Source: Octopus sinensis (lineage: Eukaryota). Taken from it: a stretch of DNA of 64,000 bases. The stretch covers positions 22,630,001 to 22,694,000 of the forward strand of contig NC_043021.1 of assembly GCF_006345805.1 (NCBI RefSeq), written 5' to 3'. Under the pieces are notes generated by a model. That model saw only the letters and a list, made by a program, of their open reading frames with translations, ran no database searches and had not been told where the DNA came from. A program made the position numbers and the translations under genes. This document shows, in pieces, positions 40,529-55,547 of the stretch. Each line of letters starts with the position of its first letter. Within the stretch, counting starts at the first letter, position 1.

Positions 40529-41339
40529 ATAAAACATCTACTTTGCTGTATAAATAATTGTAATGATATATATTACCATGTTCTAACAATTTCGCGTTAA
40601 ACCATTACAGAAGGACCAGTACTTGAATGTCTCAATGGTTCACAAATTTCGGAAGAAATAAGGACAAATATACTTCGACGTCTATTGAACTCCTGAACAA
40701 ATTCTACAAGGTATACATTTCGATACTGAAACGGTTCTGCAGTCTCGGCGCTAAAATAATCTTTATTAATGTACTTTTTTCTAAGACTAACTTATGTGTT
40801 ATATTAAATCAGTAACAATTCTACAGCTTTGAGTTGGTATGGTGTTCTTTATTACTATTCACAATACTCTTGTTCTTATCCAATACAAAATATACTTCAT
40901 ATACGAAGTACAGTGCGTGGGTGTGTGTTTTAGGGATGAAATATTTGTCAGGTAAGTCCTGAAATAGAGCCTGGGTGAAATACGGTGGCGAAATGTGAGA
41001 GTCATAAACAGTAATTCAACTATGCACACCTTACTCTATTCGCTAATGCGTAAGTCTATCTATCTTTCTATCTATCTATCTATCTTATATTTCTACGTAT
41101 AAGTATATATGATGCGCGTGTGTATGTACGATTGCGTGTCTGCGTTCTGTGATATCTCATGCAGCCAATGAATGCAACGCTAATGGATGTTAGATCTGAA
41201 TAAATAAGAGAACGGCCTCAGTTATTTCATTAATGAAAATTCGATTTACAGAAACGATATTCGGTGTTATTTAATAGCTTAGAGCAACAGTAACAAAAAC
41301 CAAGAAAAAAACAAAAACAGCACCAATAATAATAACAAC

Positions 41340-41377
<38 letters not shown>

Positions 41378-42744
41378 CAACAACAATTCATCTATATTGG
41401 AACAGAGCCAAAAAAATACAAGTATTTAGCTGAGTGGATGTTCGTAGTCAATTTAATCGATATTCAATACATGACTGGAATTCTTTAGTAAATCCCAAGG
41501 GATTTTATAAAATCTTGACCCCCAACAACGATTTGATCTCAGATATTAAACTGGTCTGTAACTAAATGCGTTACGGAGAATTTTTTTTTTATTTCTCTTA
41601 TACGGTGGACTTACTCTGTCTCTATTCCTCTGTTATTGTCTTTCTCTCCGTTTCATTTTCTTTCCCATTATTCCGCCCACCACTCCTTAATGTACTAATA
41701 ATAAGCCACCCAGGGCGCTTCTATGAAGTTGGATGGCATCTGAAATATAGTAGCTACTTATTCCTCAAAAATAAGCTCTGCTTCTGAAATAAGGGAAGAA
41801 AAGATAGGATTACATAATCCTTGCCTCCCACCAAATTTAGAGTATTTATCACATGACGTTGGATTAGCAGAGATCTAATGTTAATCTACAACAGCATGAA
41901 AAACAGTAAAATTAATCGGCAGCAAAAATAATCGTTTCTAATAATAAATACAATGCCAGGAATTTTGAGGTTAGGAGTTATACGATTCCATCGACCACTG
42001 TATTTGGTTGACCTTTTGGGTACAATAGGAAAAGCAAACGATATCAGGGCATGAACTCAAAGCTAATGTGTCAAGTGAAATAGCGCAAAGTATTATTTTC
42101 GGACGCAATAACGATCAGGCCAGCTTCCCATCTAAATAATAACCATGTCATATTCATTGGATATTATTAAAGGGCGAGATAGCACTTGCCAGGATTTGAT
42201 CACAAAACGTAATGATCAGTAAGTGGATATGACAAGGAATTTATCCGATGCTCCAGCGAAACTACAGACGCACATATTTGTTGCTAAACCTCGAAGCTGC
42301 TTTCATGATGTAGGAATAGAATTTAATTATCGCCAACCTCCAAATTATTCATAATCTTTTAATTCAAAGCAAAAATATTTAATCGGAAAATAAGAAACAC
42401 GTCACAATTATAAAGAAGTGATACGGCCAATGTAGCAGAATAGATTTTCTTTACCAGAAATCCTCCTGTGGGTAAAACAGAATTCTTAATCTAATGACCA
42501 ATTAGATTTTATATATAAGTACAGGGGAACGTATTCCAAAGTTGCTAATTTTTTAAAAAGTCATTAAAACTACAATGAAGTCAAGGTAATGGAAATTTAG
42601 TTTGGAATGTAACCGCATTGATAACTATGATAATTAGAATCATGCTTTTAAGTATGTGACCATCACATCGAAATTTATTGTCTAGAGGATGTAAAACTAT
42701 ATGCCATTGCACATTATCTGATAATATTTGGCATAGAAGGGTGG

Positions 42745-42930
42745 CAAGCTGGCAGAGAAATTAGCATGACGCACAAAAGGCACGTATCGATATATCGTCG
42801 GTATTTACGTTCTGAGTTCAAATTCAGCCGATATCGGCTGTGCGTTTCATACTTTAGGGTCGATAAAAACAAGTAGCAGTAGTCCCCACTCCTCCCAAAA
42901 TTGCTGTCGTAGTGCAAAAATCCGAAACAA
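42745..42930 (+). mobile_element. Decayed SINE family B copy
   Basis: aagctggcag...ttctgagttcaaatt...gggtcgataaaa. Confidence 0.7.
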
Positions 42931-42952
42931 AATATTTGAAACTATATACATA

Positions 42953-43270
42953 TACCATCAAAATACAGGACGAGATACTGCAACGGCTTGGGTTTCAGAG
43001 GACCACAGCTCTTTAACATCCTCCCTAAATGCCTGAGAGACTTACATGGTGTGGATGTGGGTTTCTTTAAAACTAAACTAGATCTCTTCTTGTCGGGAGT
43101 CCCAGATGAACCTACCTCACGACGCAGATGCGGGCAGCAGCATCGAACTCCCTTGTTGATCAAGTGCCACGTATCAGAGGTGGATTCACATATTAGTGTA
43201 GCTCATTCAGCGGTGGTGCCCCAGCATGGCCGCGGCCTTCGGGCTAAAACATTTTTAAAGATTTAAGGAT
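42953..43270 (+). mobile_element. 3' end of a CR1/L2-group LINE (ORF2 C-terminus plus 3' UTR)
   Basis: GFRGPQLFNILPKCLRDL...FFKTKLDLFLSGVPDEP, then frameshifted RAAASNSLVDQ; 3' stem-loop tail. Confidence 0.85.
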
Positions 43271-43364
43271 ATATAATATTTCCGGGTATATAGCTTTGTA
43301 GGTGCCATTATATATATATGTATGTAATTATATATTATTTCAACACAGAGACATACACACGCAT

Positions 43365-43878
<514 letters not shown>

Positions 43879-45175
43879 TAGTGTGTGTATACATATCCAC
43901 ACACATATACATACATCTAAATGCTGACATACACAGACACGTGTGTACAGTACGCGGCCAGTTTGACTGTTTTCTGACGTTTTCTGTCTGAGTTATTCTG
44001 TACTCTATAAATATGCACATTCGTTTCGTTTACTTGAATATTCTTGGAAATGCATTATCAAGTGGCCATGCTTCAAAGCGGCAGAGTTACTGGTGGTCGT
44101 TGCAAAGGAATTATTTCAGGTGGAGATGTCGGTGTTGTAAAAAAAAAACAAGAAAAAAAAAGCAACAAGGCTGACTTTGCAAACGCCGAAGTATTGAAAT
44201 TATTGATAAATGTCTAGACAGTTGCATTTTTCCCTCTCTCTCTCTCTCTTGACTAAGAGAATATATATAGAACTGAGCGAGAATCACAAAAAAATTAATA
44301 GCGAAATTGACACGCATATTTCTCACATTTATGTATAACCACACACAAGACTTACTCACCTACATAAATTTCAATACGATATATATATATATATATATAT
44401 ATGGGTGAGTATCTGTGTTTATATATATATATATATGGGTGAGTATCTGTGTTTATATATATGTATATATATATATACAAACAAATATACATGCCTGTAT
44501 AAATGGATGCGTGCTTATGCGAATCTGTGCGTGCGTGTATATGAGTATATATGCATATATACATTTATATGTATATATGAATGCATAGTTTGTGTGTGTG
44601 TATGTGTAAATATAGATACATAAGTGACTATAGATATATATGATTGCACATGTGAGGTATATGCACGATGTATTGTTGTATGTGCGTGTGCGAATAAATA
44701 TTTGCGCAGATGTCTATGCCTATACGCATGCTTATACTATATATTTACCTATAGACGCTTTTGACAATTCTACATATTATTTTCACCTGAGGCAAACCAA
44801 TGAGATAAAGCAGGTGATAACACAGCGTAGGAATAAAAACGAAAATCTTTTAGCTTCAAATCAGAATCTTCTCGACATGTTTTTTTTCTAAAATTATTAC
44901 ATATTGCATAGATTTTTACACAGTTTCATCATGTCGTACAATAATCAAAATGGGGAGGTATTTTAGCGAAGTTAATTACCGATATTTATAAATAAAACTT
45001 TACTAACGACGTTAGAGGATGAAGAGACACGTTATGTCAATGTTCCTTAGTTTCTTACAAAATAATGCGCCAGCAGTAATGGTGGGCGTAGAGTAGCTGT
45101 ACTCTTAGTAGTAGTAGTAGTAGTAGTGGTAGTAGTAGTCGTTGTAGCAGTAGTAACGACAACTACAGCAATAAT

Positions 45176-46200
45176 CGTTCCTAAAATAGGAAAAAGGTTT
45201 GAAATATCGGGATGTGCTCGTCGATAACGTTGACTCCGGTGCTTAAGTGGTGCTTATTTCCTCGACCCCGAAAGGGGTGAAAAGACACAGCCGACCTTGG
45301 CGCAAATTCAGCTCAGAGAACAAAGTTGAAGGAAATGTCGTTAACCATATCTTCTGGCATGTTAAGGATTCTGTTAGCTCGCTGCATTAACAGCTGCTTT
45401 ATTAGTCCGATCTACAATAAGCACAAGGTACTTATATCATCGATCCAGAGATGATGAAAGGCAAGATAGAACTCCGCATTATTTGAACTCAGAACTTAAA
45501 AAAAGACGAAATACCGCTAAGCATTTTGTCAACCGTGCTGACGATGCTACCAGCTCGCCGCCTTGTAGCTACATTGATAACGGTTTCAAACCGAGAATCC
45601 ACCCTTGGAGGGATGAGTTCACAAAAGCGCTATGAGAGGGGTAGTAAAGACAGTGGGTGATTGCAGATGAAAACATTGTAGAAAATAATGGTTGATGCCA
45701 TTCTAGTTGGTTTTGGAATTTTATCAGAAACTTACAGTTAAAGAACGCAAATATCAACGGGAATTATTGGAATTATTGGAAATTAGACTGAAAATATTCG
45801 TTTCTTTTCTAGGTACAAGGGCCGAAATTTTTGGAAAGAGGACCAGTCGATTAGATCCTACTACGCAACTTCCTCGAAATTGCAGGTTAAGTCGATTGCA
45901 TCGACCCTAGTCTCAACGCGTTCTTATTTTATTGCGACTGATAAGCATTTTGTCCGTTTTGCTACTTATTCTACTAAAGGATTATTACAATAATAATTTT
46001 TATGATATAGACACAAGACCCGAAATGGTTTGAGAGTCACTACTAGCTTACAACAATATTTGTTATCAACAGGTACTTCTGTGATGAAAATTAAAAAGAA
46101 ATAATGAATTTGGTGGCGTTTAATCTCATTACGTAATGTAGTAAAATATGTCGCTAAGCATTTTGTTTGACGCACTAATGTTTCTGCCAGATAACCTCCT
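45176..46200 (-). mobile_element. Cluster of about 4 decayed family B SINEs (best copy 45420-45563)
   Basis: Repeated gatgaaaggcaa...tttgaactcagaac...cgctaagcattttg...agctcgccgcc motifs. Confidence 0.75.
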
Positions 46201-46304
46201 TAATAATAATCAGTTTGCCTCGTAAAAAGATATGAGAGAACTATTTTGGTCTTAAATATATAATCAAGGTCTCGTCCTTTTTTTTTTTATTCCCCATATC
46301 ATGT

Positions 46305-48340
46305 TTTACTTTGATGTATATACCTTTGGGGGCATTGGACGAGATAATACTGAGAGAGGTTGTCGCCACTGGAATTAAAACGTTCTCAAAGAAAGAGCAT
46401 CGTGATTAAGATCAGTATTTCAAGGAGAAAGTGATACTGAAGCTTTGTAAAGTCTACAGCCGGAGGAGATTATAGAAAAATGAAATTGTGAATAATTGAG
46501 ATGATGACGTTGAAAATGGGAGAAAATACCACTGAGGAAATATTGGATGTAGCATAAAATGAAGAGGAAAAGTGATAGAATGTCATCAGAACTTTTCGAA
46601 TCGTAAGTTAAAATAAGAGGGGAATGTTTCTAGTTGACAAATTCTGATTATCGTTGTCTGCGAGAAAATTTGCAAGTTTATTTTTCAAGTGGTGTTACAT
46701 TTGAGAATGTGACTGCTCAACATAAGCATCTTCTCTTTACGATTCTGAGATGTATGTAAGGAGCAACGGCCATATATGTTAGATTTTCGTCGTCGGAGAA
46801 AGAGGTAATACAATTTTAAGCTGACAAACAGATTGAATGTTTTGTTTATAGCAATCTCATGTATGCGATGTACAATAAACTCATTCACTCTATCAAGCTT
46901 TACTTTGATAAGTATATGCCTTTGGGGGCATTGGATGAGATAATACTGAGAGAGGTTGTCGCCACTGGAATTAAAATGTTCTCAAAGAAAGGGCATCGTG
47001 ATTAAGATCCACGGTGTACTACACATTCGGTGTCGAAAATCATAAATCTACATTAGTTAACACTGTTGATGGATGTTCAGAAGAAATGTGATACTTCAGC
47101 GAGGAAAACACATGCTACCCGATAAGTTTTTTCTGCACACAAGAAGCTTATAGAAGCCATAGCAGACAGTAGACAGAACTTTTCTAGGCAAAATACGAAG
47201 GAAAACGAAGCTGCGTTTAATCTCGAATATTTACGAAGATCTACGCAAAGGTTCAAAAAGCAAATTTGAAAGAAAACAAAGCTTATATCACTACACAGGT
47301 GAATTGTTTCAATGGCGAATTATGGAATTAGTATTATGTAACAGGCGCAGGAGTGGCTGTGTGGTAAGTAGCTTGCTTACCAACCACATGGTTTCGGGTT
47401 CAGTCCCACTGCGTGGCATCTTGGGCAAGTGTCTTCTGCTATAGCCCCGGGCCGACCACTGCCTTGTGAGTGGATTTGGTAGACGGAAACTGAAAGAAGC
47501 CTGTCGTATATATGTATACATATATATATATATATGTGTGTATGTGTGTGTGTTTGTGTGTCTGTGTTTGTCCCCCTAGCATTGCTTGACAACCGATAGA
47601 ATAAGTACTGGGCTTACAAAGAATAAGTCCCGGGGTCGATTACCTCGACTAAAGGCGGTGCTCCAGCATGGCCGCAGTCAAATGACTGAAACAAGTAAAA
47701 GAGTAAACGAGAGAGCAAAGAATGGATTAGGGGATTCTCAGCTAAGACATGAAAATCAATACCTGAAAGGGCAGAACAATAACATTAAATAGATATATAT
47801 AAAATGCCGATAATATTTATCTTAACTGACCAGTGGTTAAAAGGGGAAAATAAACAGCGAAAATTGCCAAAGTGAGGAAACAATCTCGGCTAACATGGAA
47901 GCACGTTGAACTGTGGTTCATAGAAGTGAAATAATGCATCAATTTTAGCCTGAAATTGACATGGCAAAACAACGATTATAAAGAGTAGAGGTTGAAAGGA
48001 AGAAGAAAATGGAAGGAGAAAATGACGTATGAAAATTGTATAAAAGATGTGTAAAATGGAGGAAAGAAAGTTCGGAATGGATACAAAGAACAACCACTAG
48101 GGTCAACACGGAAGCTCTGATAATGGGAGAGCAAGAGCAATCTGGAGAAGCGATTATATGAATTATAAGATTACTGCAATCGTAGTCACATAATGTAAAT
48201 TATTTGTAACGCGCTTAAAACAAACAGAGGCGGAGACAGCAAAAGTTATTGGAATTGTTCACTACACGATGTTGGAGAGGCATAAACTGTAGAGAAGAAA
48301 TACCTCGGTGGCAGACACACCTGAAACGAACCAAAGTTTT
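46305..48340 (+). mobile_element. Decayed Ty3/gypsy pol relic interrupted by a SINE
   Basis: RT motifs IFTK-DLRKG (47227-47252) and TGELFQWRIMELVLCN (47295-47342, compare GLFEFxxMPFGLCN). RNase H-end-like YLKGQNN at about 47760 and integrase H...C-like remnants at about 47890-48060. Confidence 0.65.
47344..47707 (+). mobile_element. SINE family A, young, with internal deletion
   Basis: Near identical to the 1703 copy but lacks the segment between the two accgat motifs. Confidence 0.95.
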
Positions 48341-49479
48341 AAGACTTCACATCTAATGTAATTGAAGGAAATGTGAGATATTGCGATATTGGACAATTTT
48401 ATACACTTAATATACAGTACTCATAAATATACACTCTGATTTTTACGCTGTTCCAGCAGCTATATATATATATATATATATATATATGAAGTACAAATGA
48501 TAGAAACTTTAATGAAATTGCATATATCTGCTACGTAAGAAAGAGGGAATATTTCAGAGAATTGCAATTATGCGCATGCGTTAAGTGATAGGTGATACAA
48601 AAAGAGACTTCATTTTTTTCATTTAAAATACACGTTCCACTATACAGTTTACACTACACCCCCCATCTGCCCCACCACCACAACCATCATCATCTCTTTC
48701 TCTCTCCTCTATCTTTCCTCTCTTTCTCTGTCCCTTCCTTTAGCGTTACCCTCAGAATATCACCCCTCTGCTAAAATTATATTTTCAACTCTCCTTTGTT
48801 CATTCAACTAACTCTTTAACCTCATAATAAATATTGCGCTCCGCCTACCACAAGTCATGGACACTTGTCACTCGCTCTCTCTCTCTCTCTTTGTATTTCC
48901 GTCTTTCCTTCTCACACTCTCTTTCTCCCTCTTTCTGTCTTTTGCTTTATCCTATCTTTCTCTCTCTTTTTTTCTTCCTCCCCGCCTTCCATTCAGCTAA
49001 CCATTTGAAAGCGTTCAAATCACATTCCCTCACGCAAAGGACGCTTCTCTTCCCCTGTTTTTCTCCCTCCTTTTCTCTCTTCTTTTGTTTCTCCAATTAC
49101 GGTAAGTAACGTAATGAGAAGCAGAATTTTTATAACAAAATTCTAATTTTGGTAGATGACCATGAAATCTGGGTCGAGACCAAGAGGTCCTACTCTGAAC
49201 AACCTGAACCGACTGCTCAAATTACAAGCGTTTCAAGACAGAAAAATTGTCTACGATTGAAGGAAAGTCCCGTATACGACAAGCTGGTTTCGAGAAAGAG
49301 ATTGTTCGATTCTTTGTATTTCAAATACATTTCAACCAGCGTAGATCACATATTTCCAAACCAATCGACGTTCTATCTGTCCGCATCCTTCCAAATCCAT
49401 GTTAAGACCATTAAGTTTGTTCTTGACGGCATAACTTAAATGTTTCCAATGTGTGTGTCTAGGATATTTACGCCCTTGA

Positions 49480-49610
49480 AACTGCGTAAAACAAATGCTT
49501 ATGAAAGTTTTGCACTTGCATCCTTACAAAGTGCCAAAGCAAGCATGCCGGATTGCGCATGAATTTGCATTTCAATGTTGGATGCGTTCAATCATTGAAG
49601 AGCAACGGCA
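49480..49610 (+). mobile_element. Possible Tc1/mariner transposase relic
   Basis: KVLHLHPYKV...FQCWM resembles the LxLHPYK linker of Tc1/mariner-group transposases. Confidence 0.3.
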
Positions 49611-50427
49611 TCTTGGGTGTTACAGGCCGTCGTTGCATGTTGAAATATCTGAGTATGTGTTTGGTGGTAATTTATTCGTTGATGTTCTACTTACATATAT
49701 GACTCAAATATCTCGAATTACACACGAAGATACTTGGCAAACAACAATACTGGCACAAAACACCAGAACACCGAATCATTTATATATAGCTCTATTTTAA
49801 TTATGTCAAATTTGCTATATGCATTGAATCGTATATGCCATGTTTATGACTCCACACAAGCACACATATATTCTCTCTCACACACACACACATGTATCAA
49901 TACTTATATATGTACACACGCACACAATCACTTTCATGATATCTGTAAGTGTTCGTGTTTATATTTGTCTAAATGTGTAAGTATCTATAAACATTAACGT
50001 GTATCGTAGATCAAGGGGTTAGCAACTAATACATCACTGTCAAAATATCTTTTATTTCCTTCAATAGAAATATAAGTTCTCGGTGTAGAGATACAATGAA
50101 GATGGCTATGAATGTTTAATCAAATATCTTTATTCATTTATTTTATATACGTAATTGGTCAACACTGGCATTATGGTTTACGAGTTTCCATCTGGTCCAT
50201 CACTGGTTTATTGCACTTTCTAGGACGATGAGAATATGAGAGGTTAATAGAAATTCGGTGCAGAGCTGAACAAACAGGCGAGATTTTAAAACTTTGGTTT
50301 GTGGTTCACGTCTTCTATTTATATCTCTGACTGTTATACGTTGACAAATAGAGCACGAACACCCACATCCACACGCTGAAATAAGTATGGGCATATAATT
50401 TTCCTTCTCTCTCTCTCTCTCTTTTGA

Positions 50428-50460
<33 letters not shown>

Positions 50461-50747
50461 ACAATCTCTTATGTGGTGGTTTAATAAAGTATGTGATTGA
50501 GTATTATCTGATAATTGATATTTGATTTGGATGTATTTCTCCATTTTCTTATCTTGTATTAGCAATTTGTGGTAAATCATTTTACCTTTGCCCATATAAT
50601 ACAGTAAATGAATTGATTACATCGCAATCCTTAACATTTATGTATTAACTTTGTTGGGTACTTCACTAGCAATATATTGGATATATGTTATCCCATGGAG
50701 GGTTGCATTTACAACCCCTATCTAAATTTGTATATATATATATATAT

Positions 50748-50785
<38 letters not shown>

Positions 50786-52019
50786 TGTGTAGGTGGATGG
50801 ATCACAACAAATTTAGTGAAACTCCTTGGTGCACAGAAATCCAAGTATGATGCAAGTGTATTAGTTTGACGCCCGAGTAAATGGAAAAGTATTTTACGTT
50901 TCGAGTCTACGCCCATCAGGAGAAAGAAATGAGTAAATAAATAGAGAGAGAATGAAAAAAAGCTTGTAGAATTCAACAGGCCCTACGAGAGTCTTCGTTT
51001 AGTTTTCTTCCACCAATCCACTCACGATGATTTGGACAGCCCAAGGCAGTAGGACCGCGCATGGAGATGTGTAGTTGCAGAGATAGTTATTATGAGATGC
51101 GCAAATAAGCAAACGACTGGTTTCTGGCTCCTGAATTCTACTCACATTGCATTGGTAAACACACAGGGAAAGACACGTACTCGACAAATCATGAAATAGG
51201 TGTAAACTTTGAAGTATGTACTTGGGAATCGAGCATTTCACCCACACAATCATTCACATGTCCATACGTATGAAACAATAAATGGTTGAATCATTGCGGC
51301 AAGTAGATAACTAACTCAGGCTCTGCTAATTATTATTGATTCGACAGTATAGTTACTCGAATGTATATGGTTTACGAGCTGATAAGTGATCACCTTCAAC
51401 TAGCTATCAACCATTTCCAGCCAAAAGGATTGAACTTTTGTAGAGAAGGCCAGCTAATCGGGTGTTAAATTGACAGGAAGCAAAAGATGTGGTGTGAATT
51501 TCACATCTAATTAACACCGTCGAGACGTGCCCGGACGTCTTTGGAATCTTTAGGTTTGCTAGAAATAGCAATCGAACCTCGGCGAACTACCATCAAATAG
51601 AATCTGTCTTAATTTAAAATATAGGAAGTAGATATTGAAGATTGATGTATTCGAAAACCAATATCGATCGATCGCATTGGTGATAATTCTGCTGAATCAC
51701 TCTTCATCAGTGATAAAACAACAATTGTCACAGCAATCAACAACACCAAGTAATTCTTTTTCGATGTGAGTCAATATGGGAGCAGGAAGATGAGAAGACA
51801 CATAAAAACAGAAACTGAGCAAGCAAACGAGACAGAGACAATGAGACACAAATGGGGAGAATTTGTTCTTTATAATGTTACGTCTCTTGAGGATATACAC
51901 TGCCAAAATAAATCTACACACCTCGATAAATACAAACATACACACGCACACGTATGTGGCAGTTAAGTAATACTCCTTCACGAGTCATATAGACTCTCGG
52001 GGCTGGTTGCCATGACGGG

Positions 52020-52165
52020 ACACGGAGCCGTTGCAGAATTATTCAGCTGAGTGGACTGGAGCAACGTGAAATGAAGAACACAGCGTCTCACTTAGTCCAG
52101 GAATCGAAAGCACAAGCTTACAATTATGAGTCCCACACCCTAACCACTAGACCGCGTACATCTTC
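52020..52165 (-). mobile_element. Decayed tRNA-SINE head (family C-like)
   Basis: cagctgagtggactggagcaacgtgaaatgaag...ccctaaccactagacc matches 6967-7090. Confidence 0.65.
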
Positions 52166-52169
52166 ATTC

Positions 52170-52203
<34 letters not shown>

Positions 52204-52292
52204 GTACATACATATATACATATTTATATATATGCATATATATATGTACATACATATATACATATTTATATATATGCATATATATATATGTA

Positions 52293-52342
<50 letters not shown>

Positions 52343-55103
52343 ATATATATATATGTGCGTGTGAGTGTGTAAGAATTTTTTCAAATAAATATATCAAGCA
52401 ATTTGTTTATAATATATACACACGCACACACACATCTTACTCTAGCATAGACGCAAAACCCCGGCTGAAAAGAATAAAAGATAAATTCCTGTATGAATTG
52501 AATTGCTGTCACTTTCTATCACAAAATGGCCCCGAAATTCTTCAAAAATGAAAGGAGAGTTGACTCATTTGTTAATGAATTTCTCTTCACAGCTAAACAA
52601 ATAAGAAGTGGTTAACATCCTCCCTGAAATACTTTTAAAATTAGGCCTGTGCCACACACTTGAACCGAAGCTTAACAATGAGACGAGGAGGGTTACATAT
52701 ATTAAACTTTAATGTAGAGCAATCTCGCAGCGACGAGAAACGAATATTTGACATCGCAGCTATTTACTCATTAACCTATCGGCGTGGACATCGTTCGTTC
52801 TCTGTGAAAGAATACCGCAGAGAATCGCTGGAATTAAATATAAGAATAATCAGATTTGATTGGACAACACGTTTATCTTCATTTATGGCTATTACTATCC
52901 AGCGAGGATTGAGAAATCAATTATGTCACAGTACATTCCCAGTGCACGCAACTGAACTCCATACAGAACTATTATGATGGTGATAATATTTGTGATCTAG
53001 CAAGATCATGTCATATTGCTTTTGACACTTTCTCATAAAGGATTAGACGCGATTGAAATCGCATGGTTCTTGTTAATTGGCATTCTATATGAAACGATTT
53101 GAATAAGCTCATTTACGAAATACTTTTAATTTTCATTTAATTTTTTTTTTTGCATTTAAGAAAAATCTTTTACTTAATTGCAAAATAGAAGACAAATAAT
53201 TAGTAGTATATTCTTTTGAAAATGATTTGATCTCAATTTCATGGTGTGAAAGAGTGGAAAATTTCAGATGAACAGTCATTCTTCATATTCTATATATGAA
53301 ATATTTACTGTAAGATAAAAAAAAATTGCTTCCTTTAACACATTTTATCGGATTCGATATCACAGTTCTACACACCGTGCCAGGTTCTCCAACTGGTTGG
53401 CCAAACGCTTGCGAGCGATTTTGGTAAACAGGTATACCAACTCATTTGTGTTTACTGTCATTTTTTTTTTCTTCTATGCCTACCTTAGCCAATATGTCTG
53501 TGAAATTTTATTAAATAGTAGGCGCGATTTGAAAGAGAACCGGCGGCTATTTCCCGTAGATTAAATGACTCCAAAGAGATTCCTTCTTTCTCTTGCAGTA
53601 CTATGATTCTATTTATACTGGTGGGTATGACTAGTTACAAATTGCAGTAAGGCCTAATTGCACTGAATAAAAAAAAGACGGTATAGCCACTCCCACGTAC
53701 ACATGCATGTAAGCATATTAAAAATGTATGCAGAGATTTCTGCTGCATATACATAGATACACCATGAAGGTCATCCTTACATTGTGCACAATTAAAAATG
53801 TTATTTGGAACTCTCGATTATATGACCTGCTATTAACGGATAATGTATAGCTTCGAGCCAGAAAGGTGAAATAAAATAATGATCCTAATGAAATTTGACC
53901 TTGAAACTTAAAGAGCCATAGGTATATGGCAATCATCTTTTTTTCGACGCTCCTAATATTCTGTCTTGTCCACCGAACAGCAAGTTATGACAGAGATCGG
54001 AAATAGGCAGAAGTAGTCAGTATTTTTGGACGGCTATTGTTGTATAATATTACACATGTACTTTATTGGTTCTTTATGTTATCGACCACGAAGGAACAAG
54101 ATATAAGAACAATGGAAGTTGGCTTACGATTTAAATTGACCGCTTGACCTTAAGTTGTAATTGCGGCAACTAATTAACGCAAGCTATATACGTATTTTGC
54201 CAAACCACTCTAAATATTCTGCCATTAACCGCGGAGTAAGCAACGATAATGACTGCAATAAGAAAAATAACAACGATGATGATAATATTTATGTCGTTTT
54301 ACATACATAGTGTTTTAGCATCCACTTACTGTAATGATTGTCCGTCTAGACACAGAGTGAAAAAAAGACTTAAAACACTTGAAGTTTCCCCATTCCATTT
54401 AAAAGTTTGTCAGACTGATTTAAAAATAAACTCAACAAACGAAATACAAGCGAACTGAAGAAAAAGAACTAATCTATATGTCGCTTGTGAATTAGCAATT
54501 TGGCTCCGGCATTATCCTACAAATTGCTTCTGTCTTTCAAAAAGTCAGTCGTAGAGACATTAACATCACTATTATTATTATTATTATTGTTGTTGGTTTT
54601 TGTGTATTTGCTTGTAGATGGACGGCTGAGACAAGGCACTAGAGACTGTTTTATTGAGACGTAATCAGGGTCTATATAGGGTTCCTTAATAAATACAAGA
54701 ATATCCTCAAACCGGTGCGATGTACAGATTTAGTGTATTAAATCTCTGTACTAAAATTACTCATTTGTATCCTATATATTTTGTGTCTGGTTTGAATCGC
54801 TGCTCATTCATTGATCTGTCAGCGGACTAAACAGAATATAGTTTCCATCTTCGTTCGTCGACCCAGGTTCGAATATCACCTAGATTTTCCTCAATATCAA
54901 TATCAACATAATAGTCATTATAGAAACTGCTAAAGATGTTAGGCGATTGAAATCTGAAATCACGCTTTAGTTTGTATTTAGAGAAGAGAACGACAAAAAT
55001 AGATAGAGGGATTAATATCTGTGGGGCAGATTAGTACAGATAAGATGTCAGGTGACAGGCAATGATAATCTCCCGAATAAATACATACATTTAAAAGAAT
55101 ATA

Positions 55104-55334
55104 AGGCGGCGAACTGGCAGAGACGTTAGCACGCCGGGCGAAATGCGTAGCCGTATTTCGTCTGCCGTTAGGTTCTGGGTTCAAATTTCGCCGAGGTCGA
55201 CTTTGCTTTTCATCCATTCAGGGTCGATAAATTAAGTTCCAGTTACACACTGGGGTCAATGTAATCGACTTAATCCGTTTGTCTGTCCTTGTTTGTCCCT
55301 TCTATGTTTAGCACCTTGTGGGTAATAAAGAAAC
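55104..55334 (+). mobile_element. SINE family B, best-preserved copy, with 22-bp target-site duplication
   Basis: B-box GGTTCAAAT. Central gtcgactttgcttttcatcc...gggtcgataaattaag resembles the Meta/MESC-type SINE domain (from recall). TSD at 55079-55100 and 55335-55356. Confidence 0.92.
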
Positions 55335-55547
55335 AAATACTTACATTTAAAAGAATTTTCTAGTGATGAGCTTTAGATGGAGGAGATACTTATTGAAAAG
55401 AAAAGTTATATGTATATGTGTATAAGAAGAATATGAGGGTTCTGCATTCTATAATATTAAGGATATAAATATTTTCTTTTTAAAATTATTTCATTATTTT
55501 GTATAAGAAGCAAGAAATTCACAGGTGAATTATAATTCACTTCTATA

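Noticed and set aside
40934-40957. 18-nt microexon or recursive splice site (tttgtcag/gtaagt); similar minus-strand sites at about 11342 and 44360
   Set aside because: AGGTRAG is expected several times by chance in this much sequence; no independent support.
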